From positions 116,312,001 through 116,376,000 of the forward strand of contig NC_043001.1 in assembly GCF_006345805.1 (NCBI RefSeq): DNA of 64,000 bases, given 5' to 3'. Position 1 is the first letter of the stretch, and each line of letters opens with the position of its first letter. Below, in pieces: positions 51,904 to 64,000 of the stretch. The translations under genes were made by a program, and so were the position numbers. Below the pieces are notes generated by a model. It made no database searches and was not told the origin of the DNA. It worked only from the letters and a program-made list of their open reading frames with translations. This DNA is from Octopus sinensis. Lineage: Eukaryota.

Positions 51904-52299
51904 TCTTTATATATAAAAGTGAAGTTGTGTGTCTGTCTCCTACGATTTAGATTCCTAACTACTCCCACATTTTGCGGTGCAGTTTAACCAAAACCGGGTA
52001 TCTTATAGTCATGATTCATATCGAGCCCTTCTGGGTATTAGCGCGCGTCTACGATGAGTCTACGATTTTAAAAAAATTTACCATCATTTTTTTCCATTTT
52101 AATGCATTTTTTCGCTATTATATAAGGGAAGTAACTCTCTAAAAATGTCTACGATGAGTCAACGATTTTAAAAAAATCTACCATTATTTTTTTTCCATTT
52201 TTAATGCATTTTTTTGCTATTTTTTGGCTATAACTCTCTAAAAATGCTTATATAGTTATTTCCCTTACAAACCCGAGCAACGCCGGGCGATACTGCTAA
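51904..52299 (+). mobile_element. Non-autonomous Helitron, copy 2
   Basis: A|TC...CTAA|T ends, same hairpin, near-identical to 30267-30667. Confidence 0.88.
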
Positions 52300-52820
52300 T
52301 AAAATAAAGTTGTCAAAGACAGGAGTTAATCGTATGGACTGTTCCCACCCACAAAATCCACCTTGTGGATTTGTAGAATCCTTAGAGCTTTGGAAGAAAT
52401 GAAGAAATGTTTTGCAGTTTTTGATCTGAATCATTACATTCTGATATCAAATCCATTGAGGCCAATTTTTATCCCTCCAAGATAAAATAAAGTACCAGGA
52501 TCATAAAATAGGGTACCAATGAAGGACTGAAGTTGATATTATTAATTATCTACTGCTCCCTTCAAAACTGGTGGCTTTGTGACTAAATTAGGTGGAGTAA
52601 TTACTATTACTGCTTGTTTAATAAAATGGCAAGTTTTTCTTGATTGATGTTTAGTTCATAAAATTTTATAGAACTAGGAACACTTTTAACAACTGATCAT
52701 TGGAAATGCTGGGAGGAAATCTAACTGAGAAATACTTTTATGCGAAGAGGTATAAGTAGAGATCTTGGAGAAGGCACCAGGGAATCTCTGCTTATGGAAG
52801 ATTGAGTAAATAAATCAAAA

Positions 52821-52860
<40 letters not shown>

Positions 52861-53723
52861 GGAGTGGTGAAAGTGATGGTTAGAAATATGGTTGTAATTT
52901 CCGCTGGCATTTCAGAATAGAATGGTAAATGTAAGAATAGATTATTGGATTAATGTGTGTATGTGTGTGTGTGTGTGCGCGCATACATAAATGAATCCAT
53001 ATATAACCAACTATATTGCTATAAAGATCAGCAAAAATTTAACAAGTCAGGTAGGAAACAGCCTTTGGGGATATCTCTAATGTTCTTTAATTGCACACCT
53101 GTATGCTGTGTGTGTGTGTATGTGTGTGTGTGTGCGCGTGTGTGCGTGCGTGCGTGTGTGTGTGTGTGTGTACACATGCTCAGAGAAGAGGGATGGTCAG
53201 AGAAAGCTGGGGACACATATTTATATATTGGTGATCATGCTTGAGCGCACAATATATGGCTTCTGCTTGCTTGATTGACTACGAATGCAAGCCATATATA
53301 ATCATTACACATGTGCACACACACACGCATTTATGGGTGGTGGGGTGTATTAGTATGTGTGTTTGTGTGTGTGAGCATGTGTGTACATAATGAATGATGT
53401 GAATGAGTGCAAATGCAGGGGAAAAAGGTAAGATGTCCTATTGAAGGAGAGCTCTTTATATTTAAGTAGTCAATGAAAAGAGACAGCTGGACCAGAATGA
53501 TTAATGCTGTAATGCAGTTTAACTATGACAGTTTAACTCAATGCTGTTGTTCTTGTTGTTGTTAGTTAGCCTTGCCAACTCAGCTTGAGCAGACTTAAGT
53601 GAAAAGGGTACTAACTTGAAGCTAACCCAACCTGGCAAAACATTTACACTGAAAATTGCTCAATAAGTAACTGATAACGCATTATGTTAGTGTATGTGTG
53701 TGTGTGTGTGCATGTATAATATA

Positions 53724-54009
53724 CATCATCATCATCACCATCATCGTTTAACGTCCACTTTCCATGCTAGCATGGGTTGGATGATTTGACTGAGGGCTGG
53801 CGAACCAGATGGCTGCACCAAGCTCCAATCTTGATCTGGCAGAGTTTCTACGGCTGGATGCCCTTCCTAATGCCAACCACTCCGAAAGTGTAGTGGGTGC
53901 TTTTACATGCCACCGGCACGGGGGCCAGTCAAGCAGTACTGGCAATGACCTCGCTCGAATGTTTTTACTGGCACAGGTTCCAGTAAGGCGATGGTGGTAA
54001 CGATCACGC
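53724..54009 (-). mobile_element. Family C
   Basis: Reverse complement of the 21375-type element. Confidence 0.88.
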
Positions 54010-54643
54010 GTCTATATATTTGAAGCATCTCACAGAACTCTGCAACTCAGAGTTTGTCATATTGTATGTGATCCTATCCATCAAGCAACATCTGAAGGAT
54101 CAGACAGAGAAAGAAACTGAATAGTAATGGAATAAATCAGCAGCTTTGAATGAAACTCTACACGTATGGTCAAAGTTCTTCTAAAACAGTTCTAGATTGA
54201 GGGATGTCTTGTGAGTGAAATCAGCAGATGGAAGTTGTATGGAAACCTGTCATATGTGTGTCTATATGCACATGCAACACTGGAGCAAACAACGATGATG
54301 TTCATATTCCTTGTTTCACAATCAGTCTTTCTCCATGTTTATGGAGACCAGTGGAATGAAAAAATATCTTTTACTTGGAAAACAGTTATGGGTTGGTAAC
54401 AAAAAGGGCAGCCAGCCATAAAATTCGACCTCAAATAAGTTCATGTCCAGTCCATACTAGCATTAAAAAAATGGACATGAAACAATTGAACAAACACATA
54501 GAAATAATGGAAATGGCTCAAAAATGCACCAATTAGTGAATGTTGATCATTTAGGTAATGTGGTCATATACTGGATGATGTATGGAAAATACTGTTTCAG
54601 AATTTTTCATACATCATTTGTGAGGAGTTTGGGTCGAAGTAAA

Positions 54644-54920
54644 TCATCATCATCATCATCATTTAATGTCCATTTTCCATGCTGGCGTGGGTTGGATGAT
54701 TTGACCTGAGCTGGTACAGCTAGGGTCACACCAAGCTTCCTTGTTTGTTCTGTCATGGTTTCCACTGCTGGATGCCCTTCCTAATGGCAACCACTTTACA
54801 GAATGTACTGGGTGCTTTTTATATGACCAGCACCAGTGCTTTTAATGTGGCACCAGTACAAGTGCTTTTTATGCAGCATCAACACCAGTACTTTTTATAT
54901 GGCACCAGCACCAATATCAA
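54644..54920 (-). mobile_element. Family C, diverged, with internal short tandem units
   Basis: catcatcatttaatgtccattttccatgc...gctggatgcccttcctaatggcaacca. Confidence 0.8.
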
Positions 54921-56150
54921 TTCTGCTATGGCAGACAGATCTTCTTGAGAACAGTAAGGCGCCAAACATCTCGGTCCCTTATCACAACAAGGTACCCAAC
55001 ATCTTGGTTCTATTTTAGATATCTTTTTAAAATTTTGGCACAAGAGCATCTGTTTTGAGGAGAGGGAACCACACTGCTTGACTGGCATTTTATTTTATCA
55101 ACTTTGAAAGGATGAAAGGCAAAATTTGCACTCAGAACATAAAGAACTGGAAGAAACACTGATAAACATTTTGTCTAACATGCTAATGATTCTGTCAGCT
55201 TGCCAAATAAATAAATTAATTAATGAATTATAACTATTATATGTAGAAGAGTAGTTCAGCAGTTGTTTTGATGTGTTTTCTATCAGCTATTCTTGTAGCA
55301 ATTTAATTAAAGCACTGGATTAGTATTTCTAGTCACGATCAATCTCACTTTACAATGAACATGATATCTAGGATTTAGGACCAAATGTATGATGTATATG
55401 TGTGGCATGTGCATATATCAATCATCAAGTTCATTTTTACATTCACTTTACCATATTGGCATGGCTTGGTCTGGACTTTTTACAACTAGACACTCTTTCT
55501 AACGTTAGGACTTTAAATCACCTTTTACATTATTCAGGGACATGGTATACCACACACACACACACACACATGTATATGATAGATTCAATCAGAACTGCTA
55601 CTAATCATTTTGTGAAATTATGCCAGAACAATGATGACATCGTTGAGACATATGATTCAACTTACTTCCATTGTGGAAGAAGACGGAAGTAATTTTAGTT
55701 AATTGCATAATTAAGTACCATATTGAACTTTACAAACCTGACATTGAATATATTTGTCTCTTACTATGATATAGATATATGTTTATCATCATCACTTAAT
55801 ATCTACCTTTTCATTCCCATATGTGGCAGACAGAATTTATTGAGGCAGATTTTCTACAGTTGGATGCTCTTCCAGTCACCAACCTTCACATTTTCCAAGT
55901 AAGGCATTTAATACACTCATACACACACACACACACATGTATGTATATATACATATATATGGATAAAAAAGTTTGATTCAAATTTATTGGTACTCTTGAG
56001 TTTCAAGTGTGATGCTAGTCGTCAGTCATTTTGAATTTGAAATTGAAAATGGCTGATGACTAGCCCTTCTTCCATTTGTCCACTCACTCATATATGTGTG
56101 TGTGTGTGTATATATATATATATACATGTATATACACAACATATATTAGT

Positions 56151-56684
56151 TTAGGTTAATTAAAATATGTTTGTGGCATATTTCACCTGCTAAAAGGCAA
56201 ATTAACTGCAGCTTGCATGGATAAAAATGTCCTATGATGGTAAAATGGTATAAAATCACCACCTGTCAGGATTCCCTGAGAACAATGTTTCTACCTCCTT
56301 GGCTGTTATCAATGGGAAATACCAAAGTGAGGTAACACTGGACAGACCTTATTAACGCTTATAGCTTTAATTAAAATAGTTAACAACATTGACTGATTTT
56401 TACCAGTAGACTACCAGATCATGAAAATTACCATAATAGTAGTGCCAAGCAGTGTTTAGGTATAAGCAAAATTTAAGTTAGTTAAAATATGTTTATGGCA
56501 TATTTCAGTTGCTAAAAGGCAAGTTCACTGCAGTTACCATGGAGAAAAAATTCTCTTATAGTAAAAAAAGATGTAACATATATGTCCAGTGTCACCATCT
56601 ATCAGGATTCCCAGGCATTGATGTTTTGTAGCTCCTTAACCATTATCAATGGGAAATACCTAAGAGAGGCAACTCTGGACAGAC
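56151..56684. repeat. Diverged ~200-bp direct repeat pair (56151-56347, 56473-56684)
   Basis: Shared ttaaaatatgttt(g/a)tggcatatttca, gctaaaaggcaa, tcaggattccc, ttatcaatgggaaatacc, ctggacagac. Confidence 0.8.
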
Positions 56685-56686
56685 AG

Positions 56687-56728
<42 letters not shown>

Positions 56729-57097
56729 CTTTTACTGTTTTTACTTTTATTGTTCTTACTGTCCTGTTCTTGTTACCACTTTTACCCCTCCACAAAAATT
56801 TTATTTAATTTGCTTTGTGGAAAGGATTGTTTCAGTAAAGTCGCGTCTTGTCCTTATCTTTGAAATGCGGAGTAGATGAAACAGGGACAACTGAAGAAGG
56901 GGAATATTCCTTGTGTTGGATGTCTTGTACTGTTTTTTCATTGTTTGAAAAAACGTTCGTTTCCATGTTTTTGATTTTATGTTTTCGTTTCTCATTGTGT
57001 GTTCAATTTTTTTTTATGTCCTGTACCCATATATGCATGTATATATACATATAGATGTAGGTATGTACATATATGTATATATGTATATATTTATATA

Positions 57098-57151
<54 letters not shown>

Positions 57152-57228
57152 TTGGGTATGTATGCTGTACTTCTTTTGTATTTGCATTGTCCTCCTCTAC
57201 TTGACAACCAGTCTTGATTTGTTTACAG

Positions 57229-57485
57229 CAGTGTTTCTCAATAATTTTTCATTTATGGATCCCTTTGATTTCTGTTTCACTCAGATGAACTCTCCCAGTC
57301 ATTCAATGTGTAATAAAATATCATATTTTTGTAATTAAATAAATATTAGGAATTGTTTAAAAAAAAAATAGTTAAAATATTTTTTGCATTATAGAAGTAT
57401 AACCAATTTATAGCACACAAATTTTAACAACAAAACCCTTATATGGACCCCTATGGGACACATGGACCCCGATTGAGAACCCCTG
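57229..57485. mobile_element. hAT-type MITE
   Basis: cagtgtttctcaa ... ttgagaacccctg; TSD degraded. Confidence 0.65.
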
Positions 57486-59370
57486 GTGTATATACTGTAA
57501 AAAGAACCAGTATTAAACTGAAAAGACACTCGTGTAGATTTGACTAATATCATCAAGGCATTACTCCAGCATGACCACAGTCCAATGGCTGAAACATGTA
57601 AAAAAGTAAAAGACTCTGTCTGTGTGTGTGGTGTGTGTGTGTGTGTGTATGTGTGTGTGTGAATTATCTATGACTATAGTGGTGGTGGTGGTGGTGGTGG
57701 TGGAAACTACCTGAGAAGCTTCTTCCCCCTTGCCTCATCATCTTCAACTCCCTATCAATGAAAGGGAAAGAAAGCTTCATTTTTTTTTTTTTCACTTAAC
57801 TGAATGAATGAATGAAGTGAGAAAAGAAAAAGCTGTCACAGCAGGCTTTAAATTGTTTGTAATTGTTGTCGCTTCCAGTGTGATTTGTCCAAAGAGCCGT
57901 GGAGTGGGGAAGGGAAAGGAGGAGTGTCCTACTGTTTGGACAAAGCTTAGAAAGTAGAACTGCAAGGTGGTGATAGTGGAGAGGGTGGAGAGAGAGAGAG
58001 ACTAACCCCCCTTCCCAGAGACAGATAGAGTTTAATGATGACACACTTACTGACTGCATTTCATGATCAGAGCAAGTCAGTGAAAGGAGAGGCTTGGGAG
58101 AGGAAGGTGGAAAGAGAAAGGAAGGGAAGCAAAAGGTAGGGGAAAAGGAATTGAATAAAGAAGACACACATAAGAGTAAAAAAGAGAATAGAGTGAGGAA
58201 GTAGTTGTCTTTGTCTAGGTGGAGCAAACATGTAATTTCAGCCATGACCATCCTGTATTTCCTTGAGGATTACATTACCAAATGCACCCTTCTTTTTTGT
58301 TTTGTAAAATTTTGAAGTGTGATCTGTGGGAGATGTGGTTGCTATTTCTAGCATGTTGAGTGGCCATATAGAGACTTTCTCATTGGTTTTTTTTTTAGAG
58401 AGAGAGTGTTATTGGTGGGTGTGATAGAATATAAGAGTAGAACAAATAAGGAGAGTTAGAGTGGGAGAGAGAGAAAGAAGATGAGGAAGAAATAAATGAA
58501 AGAGAGAAGGAACAAAGACAAAGAGATGGAGATAATGAGAAGAGGAGAGAGAAGAAACACAACAGAATAAGAGAGGTGTCATAAAAAGGAGAAAGAGAAA
58601 GAGAAGAGAGAGAGAGAGAGAAAGATAGAGAGACAAAAAGTGAAGGAGGGATAAACACGAGAGATAAACAAGAAGACAGAAAAGCTAATTAAAAAGTGAT
58701 TTAATGATAAATAAATAAATGAGATAGAACAGAAACTATACAAAAATAGGGATGTAAAGGTATAGATATTAACTCTGGTCTATATATATGAAGGGAGAAT
58801 GGGAGAAGATCTATAGAATAGAAAAAAGGAGTGAACACATGATATTAAAGGGAAAATATATGAGAAAGGAGGAATGGAATTTGGAGAGTGGATGGTTTAT
58901 GGTGGTGGAATGAAGAAATTAATAACAGTGAAAAGAAGAACAACAACAAATGAAATGCTGTCAAAACAGGAACATTACACACACACACACACACACACAA
59001 GCGAGAGAGAGAGAGAGAGAGATGCAGATAGATATAGATAAATACGGATGGATAGTGAAAGTGAAAGTGGAGCCCTTGAGGCAGATTCCAAAGGATGACA
59101 AGTGTGCCAGCTGGTTGGGGCTTGAGTTCAATTTCGTTTGTCGCCAAAGACATGCTCAACAGCATTCCTCAGCTACTACTACTACTATTACTGCTACTGT
59201 TGCAGGTAACTTTTATTTAGAACCAGGAATGTTAAGAGCATCCTTTTACACATTGGAATGGATGCATGTTAACGGTGGTCCATTCGAAGGCAGATTGAAG
59301 TCAGCCAGTCCCTTCGAGTATTAGAATTTTGCTACCGCTACTATTAAACTATAACTTTACTATTACTACA

Positions 59371-59417
<47 letters not shown>

Positions 59418-59650
59418 CACCACAAATGTTTCTACTATAACTGCTACAAATCTTTAAAACACATGAAAAGCAAAGAAAAATGCAAAAGCTTAAGAAAGTG
59501 GTGAGGGTCAGTCACGGAAGCATTTAATTGGCAAGTTTGATAAATTAATTTGTTGCGTGTGTGTGTGCGTGTGTGCATGTATGTGTGTATTAGGCCTGTT
59601 GTGATACATGAAAAGACACGGCACCTGTTTATAAGAAATATCTTAATATA

Positions 59651-59865
59651 GAAACGTTAGCATGCCAGGCGAAATGCTTAGCGGTATTTCATCTGTCTTT
59701 ATGTTCTGAGTTCAAATTCCACTGAGGTCGACTTTGCCTTTCATCCTTTCGGGGTCGATTAAACAAATACCAGTTACACACTGGGGTCGATGTAATCGAC
59801 TTAATCCCTTTGTCTGTCCTTGTTTGTCCCTCTATGTTTAGCCCCTTGTGGGCAATAAAGAAATA
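59651..59865 (+). mobile_element. SINE family B, slightly 5'-truncated
   Basis: Body plus gggcaataaagaaata tail. Confidence 0.92.
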
Positions 59866-60621
59866 AAAAATATATATATAGACAGTCACAGCCAGTACAT
59901 ACAAGTGGGGACACTCTACTGTCTTACATAGTCACAGTCAGTCCAGTCAAGGATAGTGAGGGCACACCCTGTCCATCTTCAAAAAAGGGACGTTCACTTT
60001 GATGATTTAGTCACAGATATGCTAAACTCAAGAAAACAATATGGGATAGTTATGACTGTAGCACCTTAGATCATAGGCCTGTTCAATCAAGGGCTGAAAC
60101 AATAGCTATCTACCTTCCTGCATCTCTACCAAGCTACATAATTACCTACCTACATGTAACTACCTACCAACCTACTTGTTTGTGTGCAATATTTTTCAGT
60201 CATCAGACTAAATGCATTAGACTACCGAGTTTCGGTGCCGACAGGTTTCAGCATCTAAATACCACTGTCTATGTCAGCTTCCTGCTTTGTTTCTCCAACC
60301 CACCTCCTGGACTCTTTGAAAGTGATACCAGTAAGATAGGCACATATCCACAGCAGTATGAAGATAGATATTTATTGAAAGAACTTTCTACCTATACAAC
60401 GTAGGTAAAACAGATGAATAAAAATCAATATTTACTAAAGCGTCAAGCTATCTCTTCTTCCACATTTCTTACAGCATGTGTTGAATTCTAGTCGGTGTGT
60501 TTACGAGAGTGAGAGAAAGAGAGAGAGAGAAAATGAAAGAATAAGAAAGACTACCAAAGACATTGAGAAAGGGAACCATGTACTAACGAGTTTAACTAAA
60601 CGATAGAAAATACATTAGTAT

Positions 60622-61034
60622 ACTCTTTACTCTCTTTTTACTTGTTTCAGTCATTTGACTGCAGCCATGCTGGAGCAATGCCTTTAATCGAGCAACTCGA
60701 CCCTGGGACTTATTCTTTTGTAAGCCCAGTACTTATTCTATCGGTCTCTTTTGCCGAACCGCTAAGTAACTGGGACATAAACACACTAGCATCGGTTGTC
60801 AAGCAATGCTAGGGGGACAAACACAACACAGACACAAAAACACACAAACGCATATATATATATATACATATATACGACGGGCTTCTTTCAGTTTCCGTCT
60901 ACCAAGTCCACTCACAAGGCTTTGGCCGGCCCGAGGTTATAGCAGAAGACACTTGCCCAAGGTGCCATGCAGTGGGGCTGAACCCAGAACCATGTGGTTG
61001 GTAAACAAGCTACTTACCACACAGCCACTCCTGC
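60622..61034 (-). mobile_element. SINE family A, full length
   Basis: Collinear with the family. Confidence 0.94.
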
Positions 61035-61492
61035 ACCTATGCATACATGTAATATACATACAGTATGCATACATGTAATATACATACTGTGTATAAGCTA
61101 CTCTATGCTGTGTTGAATGCTCTTATTTCTGTTCATGATAACACACACACACACATACACACAACATGAGATGCTTATATATACACAGTTCCAGCAGTAC
61201 CCTTGAGTGCTACTGTCCTTTATATCTGAAGGTACGCCCATTTACTGCTAAATTGAAATTCCATTTTGGGTGAATGCACAAGAATGGAGTTACTGTTCAG
61301 GAGACCCTTGACAAAATTCTATGCTTCATTTACAATAAAAAAAATTCAAAAGAAAGTCAGGACTAGTCATGTGAGGTCCCACAGTAGAAACACCATTAAT
61401 GCTGTAACAGGCAAATGTTGGCAATAAGAAAACAGTTACACTGAAAATAGAGCTGATAACCTCCATGTGTGCACATGTGTGTGTATACATGC

Positions 61493-61990
61493 GTCCCCAA
61501 AGTCCATTCCCTCCTCACCGTGGTGGGGACGCTGGCAACGGGCAGTGTCAGAGCTATGCCGTTGGGAACTTCAGTTCCTGGTAGGGCCACCCAAGGTGCG
61601 TTGGTCTGACACTGAGTGGTATTAGGGCCACAATCCGGCAGATGTTGAGGTGAAAATCCTCGGAGTGTCTGTTTTGGCAACCGGCAGCTCCTCGGTCGTT
61701 CTGTCCCTGCGTCTGCGAACAATCTGCAGCAAACAGGATGTCTCTACATGCGGAATTGTTGGGGATCACTTGTGAAATTCATATTCCCACGGAACTTCTT
61801 CCATGAATTCTCAATGGCGAATACAATGGCTTACGGCCTGCACTGATGGAACCATGACTGGCTCACTATCTCCAGTGAACTGGCACAGGACCGTCGTGCG
61901 TGGGCTGCCATGGTTCGAGATGCCTCGAGGGTGGTGGAAGAAGCCGACTCAACCCGCCCAGGGTGAATGTCACCACAAGTACAAGTACAA
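61493..61990 (+). mobile_element. Short non-autonomous RTE derivative (5' leader joined to 3' end) with 10-bp TSD
   Basis: TSD gtatacatgc at 61483-61492 and 61991-62000; DWLTISSELAQDRRAWAAMVRD...STRPG* (61856-61966); (CAAGTA)n tail. Confidence 0.88.
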
Positions 61991-62242
61991 GTATACATGC
62001 ACTTGCACACAGTTATTGTGATTTCAAAGTTTTGCTCAGAATGGTTTTACATTCTCAGTGAAACTTTAAAATTACAGTCACAATAAAACTTTAGACTCCA
62101 CTTTGGCTTTGGGTCACTTTTCGGTTATTATTATTATTTGCAATTTTTCATCCCCTTTAACTCTTTGCCTGTCCTGTGTATCTTGTGATACCTTGGACAT
62201 ATTGCCATGGTGTCCATGCATCATATATGATATAAATTTTAA

Positions 62243-62473
62243 GGCGGCGAACTGGCAGAATCGTTAGCACATCGGGCGAAATGCTTAGCGGTATTTCATC
62301 TGCTGCTACATTCTGAGTTCAAATTCCGCTGAGGTCGACTTTACCTTTCATCCTTTCGGGGTCGATAAATAAAGTACCAGTTTCACACTAGGGTCGATGT
62401 AATCGACTTAATCCCTTTGTCTGTCCTTGTTTGTCCCCTCTATGTTTAGCCCCTTGTGGGCAATAAAGAAATA
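62243..62473 (+). mobile_element. SINE family B monomer
   Basis: Full head and tail; probable TSD tgatataaatt at 62228-62238 and 62478-62488. Confidence 0.93.
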
Positions 62474-62664
62474 TATGTGATATAAATTCCCAATTTTTTC
62501 AATCAACAGAGGATTTTGGGTTGTATGAAAGGAAAGCTTTATGTTACTCAGAATATATAAAATAAGAATTAACTAAAAGTCTGGAAGCAAGCATGAATGT
62601 CTAGAACAAACTTATGAAAATGCTTTGGACAGGATAAGGGTTAAAAACACCCAATTCCAAATAT

Positions 62665-62900
62665 TATTATCATCATCATGTTACATCTGCTTTCTATGCT
62701 GACATGGGTTGAACAGCTTGATAGGGTCTAAGAAGTCAGAGGACTATATTATGCTCCAACGTTTTAGTTTTGGCCTAATTTCTATGACTGGATGCCATTT
62801 CTAATGCCAACCACTTTATAGAGTGTACTAATGCATTTTTTCAGGGTACCAACATTAGGGAGGTCATCTTGCAGCTTGCAAACCCAAACAGCCCCCATGA
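62665..62900 (-). mobile_element. Family C, degenerate
   Basis: catcatcatgttacatctgctttctatgc...ctggatgccatttctaatgccaacca. Confidence 0.7.
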
Positions 62901-63089
62901 TTGGAAGAAGAAGATGAGAAATGGATTTTACATGAGATGGGGAATGAGGGTTAAAGTATGAAGGTACACCTATTTACTACTAAACTATTTTATAGTTGTG
63001 AGAAAATGGGAGTGGGGTAAGTAACAGAGTAGATATCGTTGAGGGAGGAAGTATGGGAGGAACAGGGGAAAGAGGAAAGGATTAGTGCC

Positions 63090-63560
63090 AGGAGTTGATG
63101 AGAAAGAAAGGGACAGAGTGGTTACAGTGAGGAAGTAGGTTGTGTAGGGAGAATTCCGTGTCACCTCACTTTAGAAAATATCCAGAGAGGGTCAGTGAAT
63201 AAGAGTTGTGGCAGTCATGGGTGTAAGTCAGAGAGGGAGAAATGAGAGTTGTAGTAGTGGAGAAGCTAGAGGGAGAGGACAATGAAAAGAGGGGGAAAAA
63301 AAGCAGTGGAGTAGAGGAACAGTGACTAAATGCAGAGAGAGCAATGACAGAAAGGCTGGGGAGTACCATAAAAGTGAAGGTTGGAAAGAGTAGAGGATGG
63401 ATGTAGAGAAGCATGTTGAATGGGGTGGCTGGGGGGATAAGACAGTGAAAGAGAGGCAGGAGCAGGGAGCAGTGGGGGAGTGCAGCAAGAACATCTCAGG
63501 CAAGTTTTGAAATCATCAAAACTTATCAAAGATATGTATACTGGGAAGGAAACTAAGAAG
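63090..63560 (-). mobile_element. Possible ancient LINE apurinic-endonuclease remnant
   Basis: Scattered FDDFK (GDFN-like), TYTHD, LDIF and CNHSV (SDH-like) motifs in the expected order across frameshifts. Confidence 0.3.
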
Positions 63561-64000
63561 AAAGACACTGGGAGAAAGAGTTTTGCAAAGGGTGAAGTAA
63601 GACTCTTATACTCCTCATTCTATACAGAGAGCAAATGGATAAGTTTTGGGTGAGTATGTGATGAGAAAATATTAGCTTATAGGGAAGGGAGGTAACTAAT
63701 ATCAACGTTTAAGTCGTGAGAGAATTTATCAAAATGCTGAGAAAATTCAAAAGTTTATTATCAAAATTTAAGTAGTTTTGAAGTGTGTTTCTTTTTTTAA
63801 TTGCTTAGTCTAGAAGAAATGCAGTAGCCTTAGCTGTTGCAAACCCTCAAAGATTGGTCAAGATGGTGTAGTTAATGCTATAAGAGGTAACAAAAAGGTT
63901 GGCTTCAGGAAGGGCATCCTTCTGTGGGATTCTGCCTCAAAAACCCAGGCATTTATGCACATGTATGTATATATAAATGTGTGTGTGTATATGTGTATGT

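Noticed and set aside
58950-59324. 124-aa plus-strand ORF with a CAG|GTAACT donor inside
   Set aside because: Crosses CA/GA and CTA repeats, has no recognisable motif and no good acceptor
60190-60240. Minus-strand GAAAC-tcg-GTA...CTGATGA arrangement resembling a type II hammerhead
   Set aside because: Stem II cannot form (ctgaaaaa versus ggcacc) and stem I needs a bulge at the junction
61612-61640. gtgg-tattaggg-ccac resembling a pistol ribozyme P1 loop
   Set aside because: No downstream ccctaa pseudoknot partner

Overview
A repeat-saturated eukaryotic window with no recognisable intact gene. It is most likely intronic or intergenic DNA of an octopod cephalopod; this is inferred from the extreme microsatellite density and the tRNA-headed SINE families, not database-checked. 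It holds dozens of copies of at least five SINE-like families (my labels A-E), several with exact target-site duplications (TSDs). It also holds decayed LINEs (L1/Tx1-type ORF1 zinc knuckle and RT-to-3' end, RTE 3' ends, CR1-like and Penelope-like remnants), an internally deleted long-TIR mariner, two copies of a non-autonomous Helitron, and hAT, TTAA and TA MITEs. Most ORF-track entries are microsatellite or SINE read-throughs. Strongest observations: (1) a perfect 146-bp-arm palindrome at 25919-26230 carrying a complete minimal type I hammerhead ribozyme on each strand; (2) a 498-bp TSD-flanked RTE-derived element with a highly structured 5' end; (3) a SINE family whose 3' tail matches the Tx1-type LINE in this window and which also occurs as a conserved dimer. 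A few exon-like islands hint at a host gene that I could not identify. Coordinates of decayed repeats are approximate (about +/-20 bp); TSD, TIR and ribozyme coordinates were counted.
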